Source of the DNA: Macrostomum lignano
Lineage: Eukaryota
DNA length: 64,000 nucleotides
Reading direction: 5' to 3'
NCBI GenBank assembly: GCA_002269645.1
Contig: NIVC01003046.1
Location: 1-64,000, forward strand
In this document: positions 61,764 to 64,000 of the stretch, piece by piece
Numbering within the stretch: position 1 is the first letter of the stretch
Layout of the letters: each line of letters starts with the position of its first letter
The notes under the pieces: model-generated
What the model saw: the letters and a program-made list of their open reading frames with translations, nothing else
The model's database searches: none
Told to the model about the DNA's origin: nothing
Position numbers and translations under genes: made by a program

Positions 61764-64000
61764 GTAATCTGCGACATCAAGCTGAAGGACCCGCTCTACC
61801 GGCCGCCCAAGCGGAAGCCGAAGCACTTCTTCCGGGCTCTGCGTGACGATGCGACCCAGGTTCGTTTTGCCCGCGCGTTTGTGGATGCCCTCGACGGCAA
61901 GAAGGAAGCCGACTACCCCGAGATCTGCACGGCCGTCCAATCTGCTGCGGAGTGGACCCTACCATTGGTGAAGCCCCTGCAGAAAGGTCGGCTGGTCTGG
62001 GAGGTGGACCCGGAAGTGCAAAGTGCGAGGCTGAGGCTTGAGCAGCTGCGACGGGCGGGCAGGACTGCGGAGGTGGACGAAGCCGAGGCGGCCCTCGCAG
62101 CCGCCTATGAGCAAGGACAACAGGCCGCCGTAGAAGAGACCATCAGGACGGTGACAACGGCAGGGCACGACGGCAAGCGCCGCGCCGTGTGGAGCGCTGT
62201 GAACGCGCTGACCGGGAGGAAGAGCCGCACAAGCCTCAACCTCCCCGGCGACACGGCGGAGGCCCGCCGGAACGAGCTGCGGGACTTTTTCAGCGCCATC
62301 GTGAACGCGCCGCCGCCGGTGCTGCAGGCGGAGATGCCGCTGCCGCCGGAAGTGGCCCTGCCCAAGGAGGAGGATTTCGACGTCAGCCCCATTACTCTGG
62401 ACGAGGTGGTGTTGCAGGCGAAGAAGTCCCCTGGTGGAAGAGCGGCCGGCCCGGATGAGATCCCTGTCGAGGCGCTGCGAGTCCTGCCGGTGGCCCGTGC
62501 GGTCGCCGGTGTGATGAACCGCGTACTTGACGGGGGTGCAGCCCCAACTGAGTGGACGACGGCCCACATGATTCCCATCCCAAAGAAGCCCGGCACAACT
62601 CGGAAAGAAGAACATAGGGGCATCTCGCTGATGTCTTGCGCCGCGAAGCTCTTCAACAAGATCCTGCTGACGCGGCTGCAACCGGTGCTGGACCCGTTTC
62701 TGCGGCACGAGCAGAACGGCTTCCGGCCACACCGGGGCACAGCGACCCAGATCCTTGCCCTCAGGAGGACAATCGAGGAGGCGCGCACCCGCCAGGCGAC
62801 GCTGATCTGTGTCTTCGTTGACTTCAGAAAGGCGTTCGACTCGGTGGCGCGCGGCGCCCTTGTGCCGGTGCTCCGGGCTTACCACGTGCCCCAGCGCCTG
62901 GTCAGCGCAGTCATGGCGCTCTACCAGGACACTCAAGCCGCCGTGGTGACGCCCGACGGGCTGTCGGACCCATTCAGTACAACATCTGGAGTGCTGCAGG
63001 GTGACACGCTAGCGCCCTTCTTGTTCGTGCTGGTCCTCGACTGGGTGCTGCGGACTGCGCTTCCATCCGACGCCGACGGCTTCATGCTGTGCAGGCGCAC
63101 GAGCAGCCGCCATCCAGAGAAGAGACTGTCGCTGCTGGGCTATGCCGACGACCTGGCGCTGCTGGCCTCCACGGCGGATGGAGCCCAGCGGATGCTGGAC
63201 AGCCTGGTGGCGATAGCGGCTATGGTCGGCCTGGTTGTTAACACCGACAAGACGGAGGTCCTGACGGTGCCAGCGGAGCTGCCTGCCAATATCACCTGCC
63301 GCGGCGCAGACGGTCACGCGGCCCCTCTACCCCGCTGCACGCGCTTCACGTACCTCGGCGGTCTGGTGCCCAGCGTTCAGGAGGACCTGGCGCGACGCAG
63401 AGGCCTGGCTTGGGCGGCCTTCCGCTCAGTCCGGGTTGTTCTGCAGAGCGCCGCGCTGCCAGATTGCCTGAGGTCTCGGCTGTTTCAGGCGGTGGTCGAG
63501 ACCGTCCTGACTTACAACGCCGAGACGTGGACGCTGACCGAGACGCTGGAGAAGTGGCTGGACGCGGCCCACTCCAGCCTGCTGCGCGCAGCCTTCGGCA
63601 TCTCCTACCCTGAGGTGGTCTCGAACGCGGCCCTCTACCGACGAGCCGGCCTGCGACCACCTAGCGAGACCATCCGGCGGCGGCGGCTGCAGCTGGCGGG
63701 CCACGTGATCCGCGCCGAAACCTACTGCCCTGAACCGGTGCAGGACGTCCTGCTGCTCACGCTGCGGGGCCCCTGGCGCCGAGGGCAGGCCAGGACGCGC
63801 CGGTACGTGGACTGCCTGCTGGCTGACGCCAGTGTCATCGGCCAGACCAACGCTGCGGCTGCCTTCAGGGAGCAAGCCAGAAGGAGAGTGCTCTGACACT
63901 GCCGCCACGCTCTCACATTTCCGTTTCTTTTCCCCCTTTTTTCTGCTCTTCCGTCCCGTGCTGCCCCCTTTTCCTTTTGCTTTCTTTTGCGGCGGTGTAC
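61764..64000 (+). mobile_element. RTE-like non-LTR retrotransposon (LINE), 5'-truncated, RT uninterrupted
   Basis: ORF to TGA at 63896: HRGISLMS, EQNGFRPHRG, FVDFRKAFDSV, GVLQGDTLAPFLF, YADD, FTYLG. It begins at the very end of the APE region (VICDIKL). The 3' UTR runs off the window end. Confidence 0.93.

Overview
Eukaryotic (metazoan) genomic DNA with spliceosomal GT-AG introns; no prokaryotic features. Host genes: an 8-exon oxysterol-binding protein gene (OSBP, +, 9370-25004) with two 1-nt frame breaks at short G/C runs, a 5-exon SLC16/MCT monocarboxylate transporter (+, about 28824-36388), an uncharacterised 5-exon gene (-, 40980-37368), a small single-pass membrane ORF (-, 47902-47597) and RPS17 (-, 55246-54562). 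Nearly every intron and intergenic space carries its own strand-asymmetric minisatellite (15-40 bp units), which explains most long ORFs in the track. Mobile DNA: a decayed intron-containing P element with TIRs and an 8-bp TSD, two decayed mariners, a foldback element, several MITEs, a non-autonomous TRIM-like LTR element in OSBP intron 1, a 5'-truncated Gypsy in an SLC16 intron, a Helentron-type HINE, a tRNA-derived SINE, a Merlin remnant and a GC-rich RTE-like LINE with an uninterrupted RT. Old TEs are almost CpG-free, while exons and young TEs are CpG-rich. The architecture resembles the flatworm Macrostomum, but that is an inference. All exon models were built by hand from splice sites and phase; no database search was run.
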